A stretch of 59,740 nucleotides of DNA, the filler included, from Nitrospinae bacterium RIFCSPLOWO2_12_FULL_45_22 (GTDB lineage Bacteria; 2-12-FULL-45-22), in NCBI GenBank assembly GCA_001803565.1. It is 4 parts of 4 records of this genome, joined end to end, with 100 filler letters (N's around TTAATTAATTAA, not from the genome) between each part and the next. Parts side by side here need not be neighbours in the genome. Positions count along the whole stretch, not along the records: positions 39,648 to 52,675 come from MHDQ01000285.1; positions 52,776 to 59,740 come from MHDQ01000286.1; 2 more parts are not named here. The stretch is one strand, 5' to 3'. Positions 46,419 through 55,673 of this stretch are shown here, in pieces. Made by a program: the position numbers and the translations under genes. The notes beneath the pieces were generated by a model. It made no database searches and had not been told where the DNA came from. It saw nothing but the letters and a program-made list of their open reading frames with translations. Position 1 is the stretch's first letter. The number at the start of each line of letters is the position of its first letter.

Positions 46419-48044
46419 TTAATACATATCCATCCCACCACCATGGGGCGGCATAGGTGGCATCTTCTCCTTCTCGGGCATATCGGTAACTAAGGCCTCG
46501 GTAGTTAGCATCAAACCAGCTATGCTGGCGGCATTCTGCAGGGCAATCCGAGTTACTTTGGTCGGGTCAATGATCCCTTCTTTGATCATATCTACATACT
46601 GACCGTTATTAGCATCAAACCCAATATTGTCCTTCGAGTCCTTTACCTTATGGACCACAATTGATCCATCTACGCCAGCATTTATCGCTATCTGCCGTAA
46701 AGGTTCCTCCATGGAACGCTTTATTATGTTAGCACCCACCTGCTGATCCCCTTCTAGCTTCAGTCTTTCTAAGGCTGGGATACACCTCAGGTAGGCCACG
46801 CCACCACCGGGGACAATACCCTCTTCTACCGCAGCCCTGGTGGCATTCAGGGCATCCTCTACCCGGGCCTTTTTCTCTTTCATCTCGGTCTCAGTAGCGG
46901 CCCCTACCTTGATTACTGCTACCCCACCGACCAGTTTAGCCAGCCGCTCCTGGAGCTTTTCCCGGTCATAATCAGAGGTGGTCTCTTCTATCTGGATCCG
47001 TATCTGCTTTACCCGGCCTTCGATATCCGAGGATTTACCATAACCCTCTATTATAGTAGTGTTTTCCTTGTCAATAGTAACCCTCTTGGCCCGGCCCAGG
47101 TCATCTAGCCTGACATTCTCCAGCTTAATACCCAGGTCTTCAGAGATAGCCTTACCTGCGGTTAGGACCGCAAGATCTTCCAGCATGGCCTTACGCCGAT
47201 CGCCAAAACCCGGGGCCTTGACAGCAGCACATTTAAGGGTTCCTCTCAGCTTATTAACAACCAAAGTGGCCAGGGCCTCTCCTTCTACATCCTCCGCAAT
47301 AATCAGGAGCGGCCTACCCATCTTGGCTATCTGCTCCAATAGGGGGAGCAATTCCTTCATATTACTAACCTTCTTCTCATTGATTAGAATATAAGGCTCC
47401 TCCAATACTGTATCCATTCGCTCGGCATCAGTCACAAAATACGGTGAAAGATACCCTTTATCAAACTGCATCCCCTCAACAATTTCCAGGGTGGTATCCA
47501 TTGCTTTCGCTTCTTCTACTGTTATTACCCCATCCTTTCCTACCTTTTCCATAGCTTCCGCTATCAGATCACCAATAGTGGGGTCCTGATTGGCCGAGAT
47601 AGTACCCACCTGGGAGATTTCTTTCTTCCCTTTAGTGGGGGTACTCATCTTCTTAATCTCCTCAATTACCGCATTTACGGCCTTTTCTATGCCACGCTTC
47701 AGGTCCATAGGGTTAGCGCCTGCGGTCACATTCTTCATCCCCTCGCGATAAATGGCATATGCCAGCACCGTTGCCGTTGTGGTGCCATCACCCGCTACAT
47801 CACTGGTCTTACTGGCTACTTCCCGGACCATCTGGGCACCCATATTCTCAAACCTGTCCTCCAGCTCGATCTCTTTGGCAACCGTGACACCATCTTTCGT
47901 ACTGGTAGGGGAGCCAAATTTTTTGTCCAGGATGACATTGCGGCCCCGGGGGCCCAGGGTTACCCGCACCGCATCAGTCAGTTGGGTTACCCCTTTAAGC
48001 ATCTTTTGTCTAGCCTCCTCGTCATAAAGCAACATCTTTGCCAT
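46419..48044 (-). CDS. groL: Chaperonin GroEL
   Basis: [45 protein letters not shown] tail. Confidence 0.99.
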   Translation of the reverse strand: MAKMLLYDEEARQKMLKGVTQLTDAVRVTLGPRGRNVILDKKFGSPTSTKDGVTVAKEIELEDRFENMGAQMVREVASKTSDVAGDGTTTATVLAYAIYREGMKNVTAGANPMDLKRGIEKAVNAVIEEIKKMSTPTKGKKEISQVGTISANQDPTIGDLIAEAMEKVGKDGVITVEEAKAMDTTLEIVEGMQFDKGYLSPYFVTDAERMDTVLEEPYILINEKKVSNMKELLPLLEQIAKMGRPLLIIAEDVEGEALATLVVNKLRGTLKCAAVKAPGFGDRRKAMLEDLAVLTAGKAISEDLGIKLENVRLDDLGRAKRVTIDKENTTIIEGYGKSSDIEGRVKQIRIQIEETTSDYDREKLQERLAKLVGGVAVIKVGAATETEMKEKKARVEDALNATRAAVEEGIVPGGGVAYLRCIPALERLKLEGDQQVGANIIKRSMEEPLRQIAINAGVDGSIVVHKVKDSKDNIGFDANNGQYVDMIKEGIIDPTKVTRIALQNAASIAGLMLTTEALVTDMPEKEKMPPMPPHGGGMDMY

Positions 48045-48098
48045 ATGTTTTCTCTCCTCTTATTAACGTTATTTTCGGTTAAACTTTCAACATCTTCT

Positions 48099-48389
48099 TT
48101 ATTTCTCTATAATTCCCAATACGTCGTCTTCCCGCATCATCAACAGCTCTTCCCCATTGATTTTCACTTCGGTACCGGCATATTTGCCAAATAATATCCG
48201 GTCCCCTTCCTTAACCTCCAGGGGTTGCCGCTTACCATCTTCTAATATCTTGCCACTACCTGCTGAAACCACCTTGCCTTCCTGGGGTTTCTCTTTTGCA
48301 GTATCTGGGATAATAATAGTGCCTTCCTTGGTCTCTTCCTCTTCTATCCTCTTAACCAGGATCCGGTCATGCAATGGTCTAACCTTCAT
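48099..48389 (-). CDS. groS: Co-chaperonin GroES
   Basis: [34 protein letters not shown]. Confidence 0.99.
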   Translation of the reverse strand: MKVRPLHDRILVKRIEEEETKEGTIIIPDTAKEKPQEGKVVSAGSGKILEDGKRQPLEVKEGDRILFGKYAGTEVKINGEELLMMREDDVLGIIEK

Positions 48390-48461
48390 AGATACCTCCC
48401 TCCTTAACGATTATCTAACCTTGGCTCATAAGAACAAACTAAAAACTTCTCCCTCTTCCTA

Positions 48462-48488
48462 TTAGCACTCTAATTAATCGAGTGCTAA
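48462..48488. promoter_or_regulatory. CIRCE element (HrcA operator) upstream of groES
   Basis: Perfect TTAGCACTC-N9-GAGTGCTAA; on the minus strand a TTGCCA-N16-TATATT promoter lies just upstream. Confidence 0.95.
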
Positions 48489-48577
48489 TAGGAAGAAATA
48501 TAATATTTTTTTTAAAAATGGCAAGGAGAAAATTTTATTTGGTCCCAGTAATGCAGAGGAACTTAAGTCGCAACATT

Positions 48578-48708
48578 ATCCCGAATTATGCAAGCTTCAT
48601 GGCAAAGCATTGTTGGGCAAGCCTTTAGGCTTGCGTTATATCACCACAGTTGCCGGGCTAAAGCCCTGCCCGACAAAAGATTAGGCATATGTTTGCATAA
48701 TTCAGGAT
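48578..48708. mobile_element. MITE-like element with 18-bp terminal inverted repeats enclosing a REP-like pair
   Basis: atcccgaattatgcaagc ... gtttgcataattcaggat (16/18 match); inner ttgttgggcaagcctttaggcttg ... cgggctaaagccctgcccgacaa. Confidence 0.65.
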
Positions 48709-48840
48709 TGTTTTTTATAGTATAATAGATGGAAAGTGTGCTGTCATCTTTCACAAGGAATAATTGGCCTTAAAAATTAGGGCACTCACCCCGAGAGGCG
48801 CTTGCATGAATAGTCTATTCAAAGGGCGCTAATTTGCGAT

Positions 48841-49206
48841 ATGGAGCAAAAGATAAAGGAAGCAGTGACCATTATGTTAAGGATACTCAGGAGCCGCTCC
48901 CCCGCTGATCCCCTTTGTCGGGAAGATCTGGCTAAGCTCTTGATGTTATATCGAGAAATATTTACTCAGGGTGAGGTTTATTTAGAGCCGTGGAGGGAGA
49001 AGCTCAAAGACACCTTATCAAAAGAAGAACTTGAATTACTGGAGATATTACATCAAGCCCTCTTGTATCGAGTACAGGATGAGGAAGAAAAGTTAGAAGG
49101 GCGGGCTAAACAAAGAGAGGTTGAAGTAGAGAAGCTATTATCCGACCTGGAAAAAGAGATAATGAGAAAGAAAATAGCCGAAGGGAATATAAATGAGGAA
49201 ATTTAA
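48841..49206 (+). CDS. Hypothetical helical protein
   Basis: 121-aa ORF overlapping the GT9 start; no motif recognised. Confidence 0.6.
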   Translation: MEQKIKEAVTIMLRILRSRSPADPLCREDLAKLLMLYREIFTQGEVYLEPWREKLKDTLSKEELELLEILHQALLYRVQDEEEKLEGRAKQREVEVEKLLSDLEKEIMRKKIAEGNINEEI

Positions 49207-50332
49207 CAGTATGTATGAGTATAGATTAGACTGCCGACACCTGGTTCAACAACTTCCTTGCCAGTATCATAAAAAATCCGGGCAAACCTGTCCGACATGT
49301 GATCATTATGAACCTATCCAGACAAACATATTAATTATAAAAGTAGGGGCCATGGGCGATGTCCTGCGTACTACCACTATCCTACCTGCCCTAAAAAAGA
49401 AATATTCTCTTAGCAGAATAACCTGGGTTACTCAACAAGACTCTTATGAGCTATTACTATCTAATCCTTATATTGACAATATCCTCGTAGCCGAAAGGGC
49501 TGTGACCTTCCCCGTGCTCCTGGCGGAGGAATACGCTACCGCTATAAACCTGGATATAGATCCCCACGGTTCTGCCTTATTAAAGCTCTGCCATGCCCAG
49601 GAGAAATTGGGTTATGTCCTGGACAACCATGGTGGGATAAGACCGGCCTCAGTAGAGGCGGAAGAATGGTTTGAGATGAGTATAGATGACCGGCTTAAAA
49701 GGGCCAATAAAAAGACTTATCAGGAGCATATCTTCCGCATCTGCCAGTTGCCTTATAATAAAGAGAGGCCCCTGCTTACCTTGACCGATGCTATGAAGAC
49801 CTTTAGTCAAGAGACTTGCCAGCAATACTCTTTATCAGACCAGGATATTATAGCAGGTATTCATTCCGGAGCAGGTAACCGCTGGGAGAATAAAAAATGG
49901 ACTCTGGAGGGTTATAATTTCCTGATAGAGAGTTTATTAGGTGACAGTCCCTTAATAAAAGTAATTCTATTTGGTGGTGATGCCGAGCAGTGCCGTAATA
50001 AACATATCCAGCAAAGATTTCCTGAAAGAGTCTATAATATAAATACTCAAAATAATCTTTCTGGTCTTATAGGGCTGATAGGTATCTGCCGGGTGCTGGT
50101 ATGTAGCGACACCTTACCATTGCATATTGCTACTGCCCTAAAAGTGCCAGTAGTGGCTATTTTTGGTCCTACTTCCCACCATGAAATCGAGCTATATGAG
50201 CTGGGGACCAAGATAGTCTCTGAAATTGACTGCCTTTGCTGCTATCAACAGCGGTGCAAACGTGAACCTAATTGTATGCAGATGGTAGACCCCGAGTTAG
50301 TGGTACGAGGTGTCTGGGAATTCGTGAAATGA
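49193..50332 (+). CDS. Glycosyltransferase family 9 (heptosyltransferase-like) with an N-terminal Cys/His motif
   Basis: IIKVGAMGDVLRTT, KKWT, SDTLPLHIATAL, AIFGPT; N-terminal DCRH..PC..H....CPTC. Confidence 0.9.
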   Translation: MRKFNSMYEYRLDCRHLVQQLPCQYHKKSGQTCPTCDHYEPIQTNILIIKVGAMGDVLRTTTILPALKKKYSLSRITWVTQQDSYELLLSNPYIDNILVAERAVTFPVLLAEEYATAINLDIDPHGSALLKLCHAQEKLGYVLDNHGGIRPASVEAEEWFEMSIDDRLKRANKKTYQEHIFRICQLPYNKERPLLTLTDAMKTFSQETCQQYSLSDQDIIAGIHSGAGNRWENKKWTLEGYNFLIESLLGDSPLIKVILFGGDAEQCRNKHIQQRFPERVYNINTQNNLSGLIGLIGICRVLVCSDTLPLHIATALKVPVVAIFGPTSHHEIELYELGTKIVSEIDCLCCYQQRCKREPNCMQMVDPELVVRGVWEFVK

Positions 50333-50334
50333 AC

Positions 50335-50553
50335 TTACCTCTTTGGGAGATAAGACCTGAGCCTTTGTAGGTAGTGATTTTGCTTTAATTTAGCCAGGAG
50401 GGCCTCTTTCTTATCAAAATCCAAGACCGTTATCCCGAGGAATATGAGGAGTACCCCTTGTAGTATGGGTAGGAAAAGACCTACGATGCCTAAAAGGATT
50501 AATATGGTACCAATAATATTCCGTATGATCTTCTTTGGGGAATAGATAGCCAT
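50335..50553 (-). CDS. Small membrane protein (PGPGW/DUF454-like)
   Basis: GTILILLGIVGLFLPILQGVLLIFLG. Confidence 0.7.
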   Translation of the reverse strand: MAIYSPKKIIRNIIGTILILLGIVGLFLPILQGVLLIFLGITVLDFDKKEALLAKLKQNHYLQRLRSYLPKR

Positions 50554-51344
50554 TAACGGTCCTTAGGTAACCTTCTCTCGATCTCCTCTATAGCCTTACC
50601 TATCCGTTTTTTTATCTCTGCATAGTGTTTTCCTGATGCAGTTAAACAGACTTCTAGCTCTACCTCTAAGCCAAAATGGGTGGGTTTGGACTTAAGATAT
50701 ACCTGCGGCACTATAGTCCTGACTTCGTGTAAGATACTGGTAAGCTGAGACTCATCCCTCAAGGGTGTCTTGATAACTCTATCCAGATGATAATAGGGGC
50801 CAAGGATGTTTTTCAGGCGTGGCGCGATAGACTCGTTGAAGATAGTCTTTAATTCCTGGGGTACACCAGGTAAGGATATTATGTGGCAGGGGCCGTGATC
50901 CAACCATATTCCTGGGGCGGCCCCGATGGGGTTAGGGAGCATGGCAGCCCCTTGAGGTAAGCGGGCCATCTTCTCCCGCTCTGGGGATATAATATCACTG
51001 GCTACATAGCCCTGGGAGCTGAAGTACTCATATCTCTCTTTTACGAACCCTAATGCCTTAGGGTCTAGTTGCAAGGGTTTATTGATGGCCTTTGCTACCC
51101 CTTCTAAAGTCTGATCGTCAAAGGTAGGGCCCAGACCGCCCACGGTAATAATAAATTTAGCGCCATTACCCATAGAGGTTCTTATCTCCGTAGCAATAAC
51201 ATCTATCACATCATCTACCACAACAATCCGCCTAACCTCGCCCCCTAAAGCAGTAACCTGTCCTGCTAGCCAATGGGAGTTACTATCCAGCACCTGGCCT
51301 TGCAATAACTCTCTCCCAACCGCAATAATCTCAACCCTATCCAT
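50553..51344 (-). CDS. CinA-like molybdopterin-binding-domain protein
   Basis: IIAVGRELLQGQVLDSN, VGGLGPTFDD, NPIGAAPG, SLPGVPQE. Confidence 0.9.
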   Translation of the reverse strand: MDRVEIIAVGRELLQGQVLDSNSHWLAGQVTALGGEVRRIVVVDDVIDVIATEIRTSMGNGAKFIITVGGLGPTFDDQTLEGVAKAINKPLQLDPKALGFVKERYEYFSSQGYVASDIISPEREKMARLPQGAAMLPNPIGAAPGIWLDHGPCHIISLPGVPQELKTIFNESIAPRLKNILGPYYHLDRVIKTPLRDESQLTSILHEVRTIVPQVYLKSKPTHFGLEVELEVCLTASGKHYAEIKKRIGKAIEEIERRLPKDR

Positions 51345-51488
51345 AGCATTACTGCTGTATGAGGCTTCTTGCGATAAAAGGTGTGACCCACTAAAATTAT
51401 CATAGTATAATCTTGGATTCCATGAAAGGAAAGAGGGGAGTAAAGAAATAATTAGGGCTGATTTTCTAAGGAAAGAAAGAGAAACCAG

Positions 51489-51824
51489 GTGGATATTTCT
51501 GGGCAGATAGAAGCCATTAGCAGAGATAACCTTTTGAAAGCTTCAGCACGAAGCATATTCCGATGGGTCACGAAGTTTAAAGAAGGAGGGGTGGAAGGAT
51601 TAAGAGACCGGCCTAAAGGGCATATGAGATCTAAACTGACAGAAGAGCAGAAAAAACACATTGAGCAATGGATTGTAAGCGGTAAAAATGCCCGAGGGGA
51701 AACGGTGCCTTGGACATTGAAAAAGTTAAAAAAAGAACTGGAAAATGAATTTGGGATAAACATAGGCACAACGCCCCTATGGAAACACCTTGCTCTTATT
51801 TATGACATGTCATGGGGAATTTGA
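51489..51824 (+). mobile_element. IS630-like transposase N-terminal (HTH) fragment without a DDE domain
   Basis: IFRWVTKFKEGGVEGLRDRPKG..SKLTEEQ, WTLKKLKKELENEFGI. Confidence 0.75.
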
Positions 51825-52016
51825 TATTAGAAGGGCATTACCGATAATGATGAGTGTAGGGATAGATTTTTCTCCCTTAATAGTTGTTTTCGCCATCTAT
51901 TTCCTCCAGGTTTTTCTAGTCGGCTCTCTCCATGATATAGCCTTCCGCTTGCGCTAAGTTTAGTTATAATAATAAGAGCTAATATCGGCTGCTATTGTAA
52001 TACCGAGGATCGAATA

Positions 52017-52675
52017 ATGAAGCCCCATTATAACCATGGATTATTTTCTAACTATTACCTGAATGAACTCCTTCCCCGGGAGGAAGAATTAAAGACTTTC
52101 CAGTCTGCAACGCAAAAGGCATTTGATAATATTAAAGTCTTATGGAGTTCAGTAAAGGCAAACATCTCGGTCCTCAACGAAGATCAACTCCGCAAGCATT
52201 TTTTGGACAAGGTCTTTGATATGCTGGGTTGGACCGTTGATGTAGAACCCCCTGTTCCTTCGGGAGAATGGTCTAAGCGCCCTGATTATGCCCTTTTTCC
52301 GGATAAGGAGAAGCTTCAGACCGCCCAAAAAGCCTCTAAAGAAGAATATTTCAAACAAGCGGTCTGTATAGGTGAGGCCAAACGTTGGGGAAGGTCTCTG
52401 GATAAAAAACTCAAGGCAGAAAAAGACCCATTCGAGGTACAGAATCCCTCCCTCCAGATCAGTCGTTATCTATGGCTTACCGAGGTCAAGTGGGGTATCC
52501 TTACTGGCGGTAAATATTGGAGACTCTATGAAAGAGAGACCTCTAAGCGATTAGATATCTATTATGAGGTTGACCTCCAAGACCTCTTAGAAAACGGCTC
52601 TGCCGAAGATTTCCGCTATTTTTATCTCTTCTTTGGCAAGGAAGCCTTCCCCGCTTTTATCGAGAAGGTTTATAA
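52017..52675 (+). CDS. Type IIG (Eco57I-like) restriction-modification enzyme, N-terminal part cut by the contig end
   Basis: GLFSNYYL, RPDYALF, IGEAKRW, QISRYL, WGILTGGKYWRLY, FRYFYLFF. Confidence 0.8.
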
Positions 52676-52775
52676 NNNNNNNNNNNNNNNNNNNNNNNNN
52701 NNNNNNNNNNNNNNNNNNNTTAATTAATTAANNNNNNNNNNNNNNNNNNNNNNNNNNNNNNNNNNNNNNNNNNNN
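52676..52775. other. Artificial contig linker
   Basis: 100 nt of N with TTAATTAATTAA. Confidence 0.97.
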
Positions 52776-52850
52776 TCCCTATCCCTTCATCACCTCTGGC
52801 ATACACTTTTTCGGGTTAAAAGTGTTAAACGAAAAATAAAGGATGCCCAA

Positions 52851-52909
52851 TTTTGTATAAATTTGTATAAAATAAATATGTTCGATTTGGCCACTAGTTA
52901 TGGTATCAT
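52851..52909 (+). promoter_or_regulatory. Putative promoter of the mutase operon with an upstream direct repeat
   Basis: tttgtataa twice at 10-nt spacing (52851-52872), then TTCGAT-N17-TATCAT with a TG extended -10. Confidence 0.35.
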
Positions 52910-53047
52910 AGACTTCGGTCTAAGAAGAAGGTGAGGGATAGGAAATAACCCTTTTGGAGTTTCAAGACAACCTTTCGGCCAAGGGATTCGTTTATAGACA
53001 ATCCTATGCGGTGCATAGGTTGGGTTAATTAAGGGAGGGAGAGAGTA

Positions 53048-54760
53048 ATGTTTTCTAAGGAAACTTTGCAGAAAGACAAGGGCCTGAAAGAAAAGTGGGA
53101 AAAAGCATCTAGCGATATACTCACAGGGCAGAAATTGAATCTGAGAACTAGTTCAGGTATAGAACTCAAACCATTATATACTCCAGAAGATTTAGCTGAA
53201 ATGGATTATTATAAGTTGGGAGTGCCAGGAGAATATCCTTATGTACGAGGCAATTATTCGTTACAATACCAGATAAACCCTTTTATCCAGAATCAATTTT
53301 TTGGGTTCGGTACGCCGAGCGAGACCCGTGGTAGGAGAGACTGGTTAGCCAAACTCGGCTGTAGCTATAAAGTCGGCACTGAAGAACAACTTCCCTTAGT
53401 TATTGCTATGGATTTACCTACCCTTAAGGGGTTGGACCCGGACGAGCCAGAGGCCCGTGGGAGGGTGGGCCATGGCGGGGTATCTATTAGTACTATTGAT
53501 GACATTGGAGTAATAATGGAAGGGCTCCCTCTGGATAAGACATGTGTAATATGGAATGCTTTTGATGGAACATTGCCCATCCATGCCTTATATTTTGCTT
53601 ATGCCCTGGATATTCGTAGGGAGCCATTAGAAAGGCTCTTTATGGCTATCCCTAATAATATAAGTAACCAGTGGGCACATGACTGGGCAGGATTCCCTCA
53701 TAAAACCGCAATAAAACTTGAAATAGAGCTTATTAAGTTTATTATTGATAATTGTCCTACCTCCCTCCATACCGTCATTGAAGGCTATGAAACCGCTGAA
53801 GCAGGTGCTACCCCGGTTCAGGAAGTAGCAGTTATGCTAGCTTATGCTATTTATTTAATGGAAGAATGTATCAAAGCAGGTCTTGATCCAGATGCTGTAG
53901 CACCTGGCCTTTGGGCCCACCATCATCTCAGCCTAAATATCTTTGAAGAGATAGCTAAACTGAGGGCAGCCAGAAAACTATGGGCAAGAATCTTTAAAGA
54001 GAGATTTGGCTGTAACAAACCAGAATCCATTAAGTATAAAATAATAGCCGCCGAAACTGCTGGGATAGAATTAACCGCTTTGGAGCCCTTAAACAATATA
54101 ATACGATTAACTATCATGACTTTGGCAGGAATATTGGGAGGGGTGGAAGGGATTTTTACGGCTGCCTATGATGAGGCGCTAGGTATTCCTACTGAAGAAT
54201 CAGCCCAAGTTGCAGTAAGAACCCAACAGATTTTAGCGGAAGAGACCGATCTCTGCTGGGTTACTGATCCCTTGGGCGGTTCATACTATATAGAATGGCT
54301 CACCAAGAGAATAGAAGAAGAGGTGGTTAATTTATTGGGCAGGATTGAAGAAATGGGCGGTTTCTTAAGAGCCTGCGAATCTGGTTGGATAAGGCGAGAG
54401 ATAGCAAGGAGTGCCAACGAGCGGCAAGAAAAGATTAAGCAGGGGGAGAAGGTAATTATTGGGGTAAATAAATATAGAATAGAACAAAGACCTAAGATTA
54501 AAGGATTCAGGGTACCACTGGAAGTGGAGGAAAGAATAAGAGAGCGGTTAGGAAGGTATAAGAGAGATCGTGATAATAGTAAGATCAAGAGCTCACTCGG
54601 ACAAATTAAAGAGGCGGCAGAGAAAATCGAGAAAGAATGGCCTGAATCCTGTGGGAGCTTGATGCCTGTATTAATAGAGGCCTCCCGTGCCGGGTGTACC
54701 CTGGGAGAGATGCATGGGGTTCTTAGGGAAGTGTTTGGCTATGGTTTTTATTCAGGATAA
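53048..54760 (+). CDS. AdoCbl-dependent acyl-CoA mutase large subunit 1 (MCM family, divergent)
   Basis: SGIELKPLYTP, PGEYPYVRG, DLPT, EEIAKLRAARKLWA, EPLNNIIR, YDEALGIPTE, DPLGGSYYIEWLT, IGVNKY. Confidence 0.92.
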   Translation: MFSKETLQKDKGLKEKWEKASSDILTGQKLNLRTSSGIELKPLYTPEDLAEMDYYKLGVPGEYPYVRGNYSLQYQINPFIQNQFFGFGTPSETRGRRDWLAKLGCSYKVGTEEQLPLVIAMDLPTLKGLDPDEPEARGRVGHGGVSISTIDDIGVIMEGLPLDKTCVIWNAFDGTLPIHALYFAYALDIRREPLERLFMAIPNNISNQWAHDWAGFPHKTAIKLEIELIKFIIDNCPTSLHTVIEGYETAEAGATPVQEVAVMLAYAIYLMEECIKAGLDPDAVAPGLWAHHHLSLNIFEEIAKLRAARKLWARIFKERFGCNKPESIKYKIIAAETAGIELTALEPLNNIIRLTIMTLAGILGGVEGIFTAAYDEALGIPTEESAQVAVRTQQILAEETDLCWVTDPLGGSYYIEWLTKRIEEEVVNLLGRIEEMGGFLRACESGWIRREIARSANERQEKIKQGEKVIIGVNKYRIEQRPKIKGFRVPLEVEERIRERLGRYKRDRDNSKIKSSLGQIKEAAEKIEKEWPESCGSLMPVLIEASRAGCTLGEMHGVLREVFGYGFYSG

Positions 54761-54775
54761 TGGAGTTTAAGGGCC

Positions 54776-55186
54776 ATGGAAGAAGGGGATAGGAAGAAAA
54801 TCAGGGTACTATTAGCTCAAACTCGCCTGGATTCCCATGGTGTAGGCTTACGGTACCTGAGCAGGACCTTGATGGATGAAGGGATGGAGGTAATAATAGT
54901 CCGATATGGCGTTATAGAAGAGGTAGCAAAGGCAGCCTTGGAAGAGAATGTTGATGTTGTCGGATTAAGTTATTATTTTCCTGGGTTTGAGTATGAAATT
55001 CCTCTACTGATGAGGCTGCTGAAGGAAAAGGGTATGGATGATCTAATAATCATTGTGGGCGGTATAATAGATGACGAAGAAGAGGCTAAATTGCTGGAGT
55101 GGGGCGTTAAAGGGGTCTTCACTCCAGGTAGGCCAGTACAGGACGTAATTGAATGTATAATTTCTCATGTTGGAGTCAGGTCTTGA
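54776..55186 (+). CDS. Cobalamin-binding mutase small subunit 1
   Basis: DSHGVG (DxHxxG), GMEVI, VDVVGLS, IVGGII, GVFTPG. Confidence 0.92.
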   Translation: MEEGDRKKIRVLLAQTRLDSHGVGLRYLSRTLMDEGMEVIIVRYGVIEEVAKAALEENVDVVGLSYYFPGFEYEIPLLMRLLKEKGMDDLIIIVGGIIDDEEEAKLLEWGVKGVFTPGRPVQDVIECIISHVGVRS

Positions 55187-55199
55187 TAGGAGGCTAGCA

Positions 55200-55607
55200 A
55201 TGGAAGGAAAGAAAAATATTAGGGTGCTCTTGTCCAAGAGTGACCAGGATGCTCATGAAGTTGGTATAAGGTATGTGGCCAGCTCTCTTAAGGATGCGGG
55301 AATGGAGGTGATTTTCACCAGATACACAATCATAGATGAAGTAGCTGAGACAGCCTTACAAGAAAATGTGGATGTTATAGGATTGAGTTTCTATGGTGCC
55401 GGCTTGAGGTATGATATACCAAGGTTGATGGAACTTTTAAAAGAGAGAAATATAGAGGATACAAGGGTCCTAGTTGGTGGGACAATAACAGAACAAGAAA
55501 AGGCCGAATTGCTGAAGACCGGTATTAGAGGGGTTTTTACTCCAGGCAGCGGTTCAGTACAAGGTATTGTCAACTTTATAACCTCTAACATCTATGGAAC
55601 GGGATAA
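55200..55607 (+). CDS. Cobalamin-binding mutase small subunit 2
   Basis: DAHEVG (DxHxxG), DAGMEVI, VDVIGLS, LVGGTI, GVFTPG; AGGAGG SD before ATG 55200. Confidence 0.92.
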   Translation: MEGKKNIRVLLSKSDQDAHEVGIRYVASSLKDAGMEVIFTRYTIIDEVAETALQENVDVIGLSFYGAGLRYDIPRLMELLKERNIEDTRVLVGGTITEQEKAELLKTGIRGVFTPGSGSVQGIVNFITSNIYGTG

Positions 55608-55673
55608 ACCTTGATTAGATAGCTAAAGATTTACCCAAATTGGGGTGCACTACAAAGAAAAGGAGGATCAGCT

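Noticed and set aside
51810-51896. Short minus-strand ORF with a good SD (MAKTTIKGEKSIP...)
   Set aside because: Under 30 codons, abuts the IS630 fragment and has no recognisable family; possibly a truncated gene but unsupported
52776-53047. Cobalamin riboswitch upstream of the B12 mutases
   Set aside because: No recognisable B12-box or GGGAA...GCCCCCGCAACTGT core by eye; an Infernal/Rfam scan would be decisive
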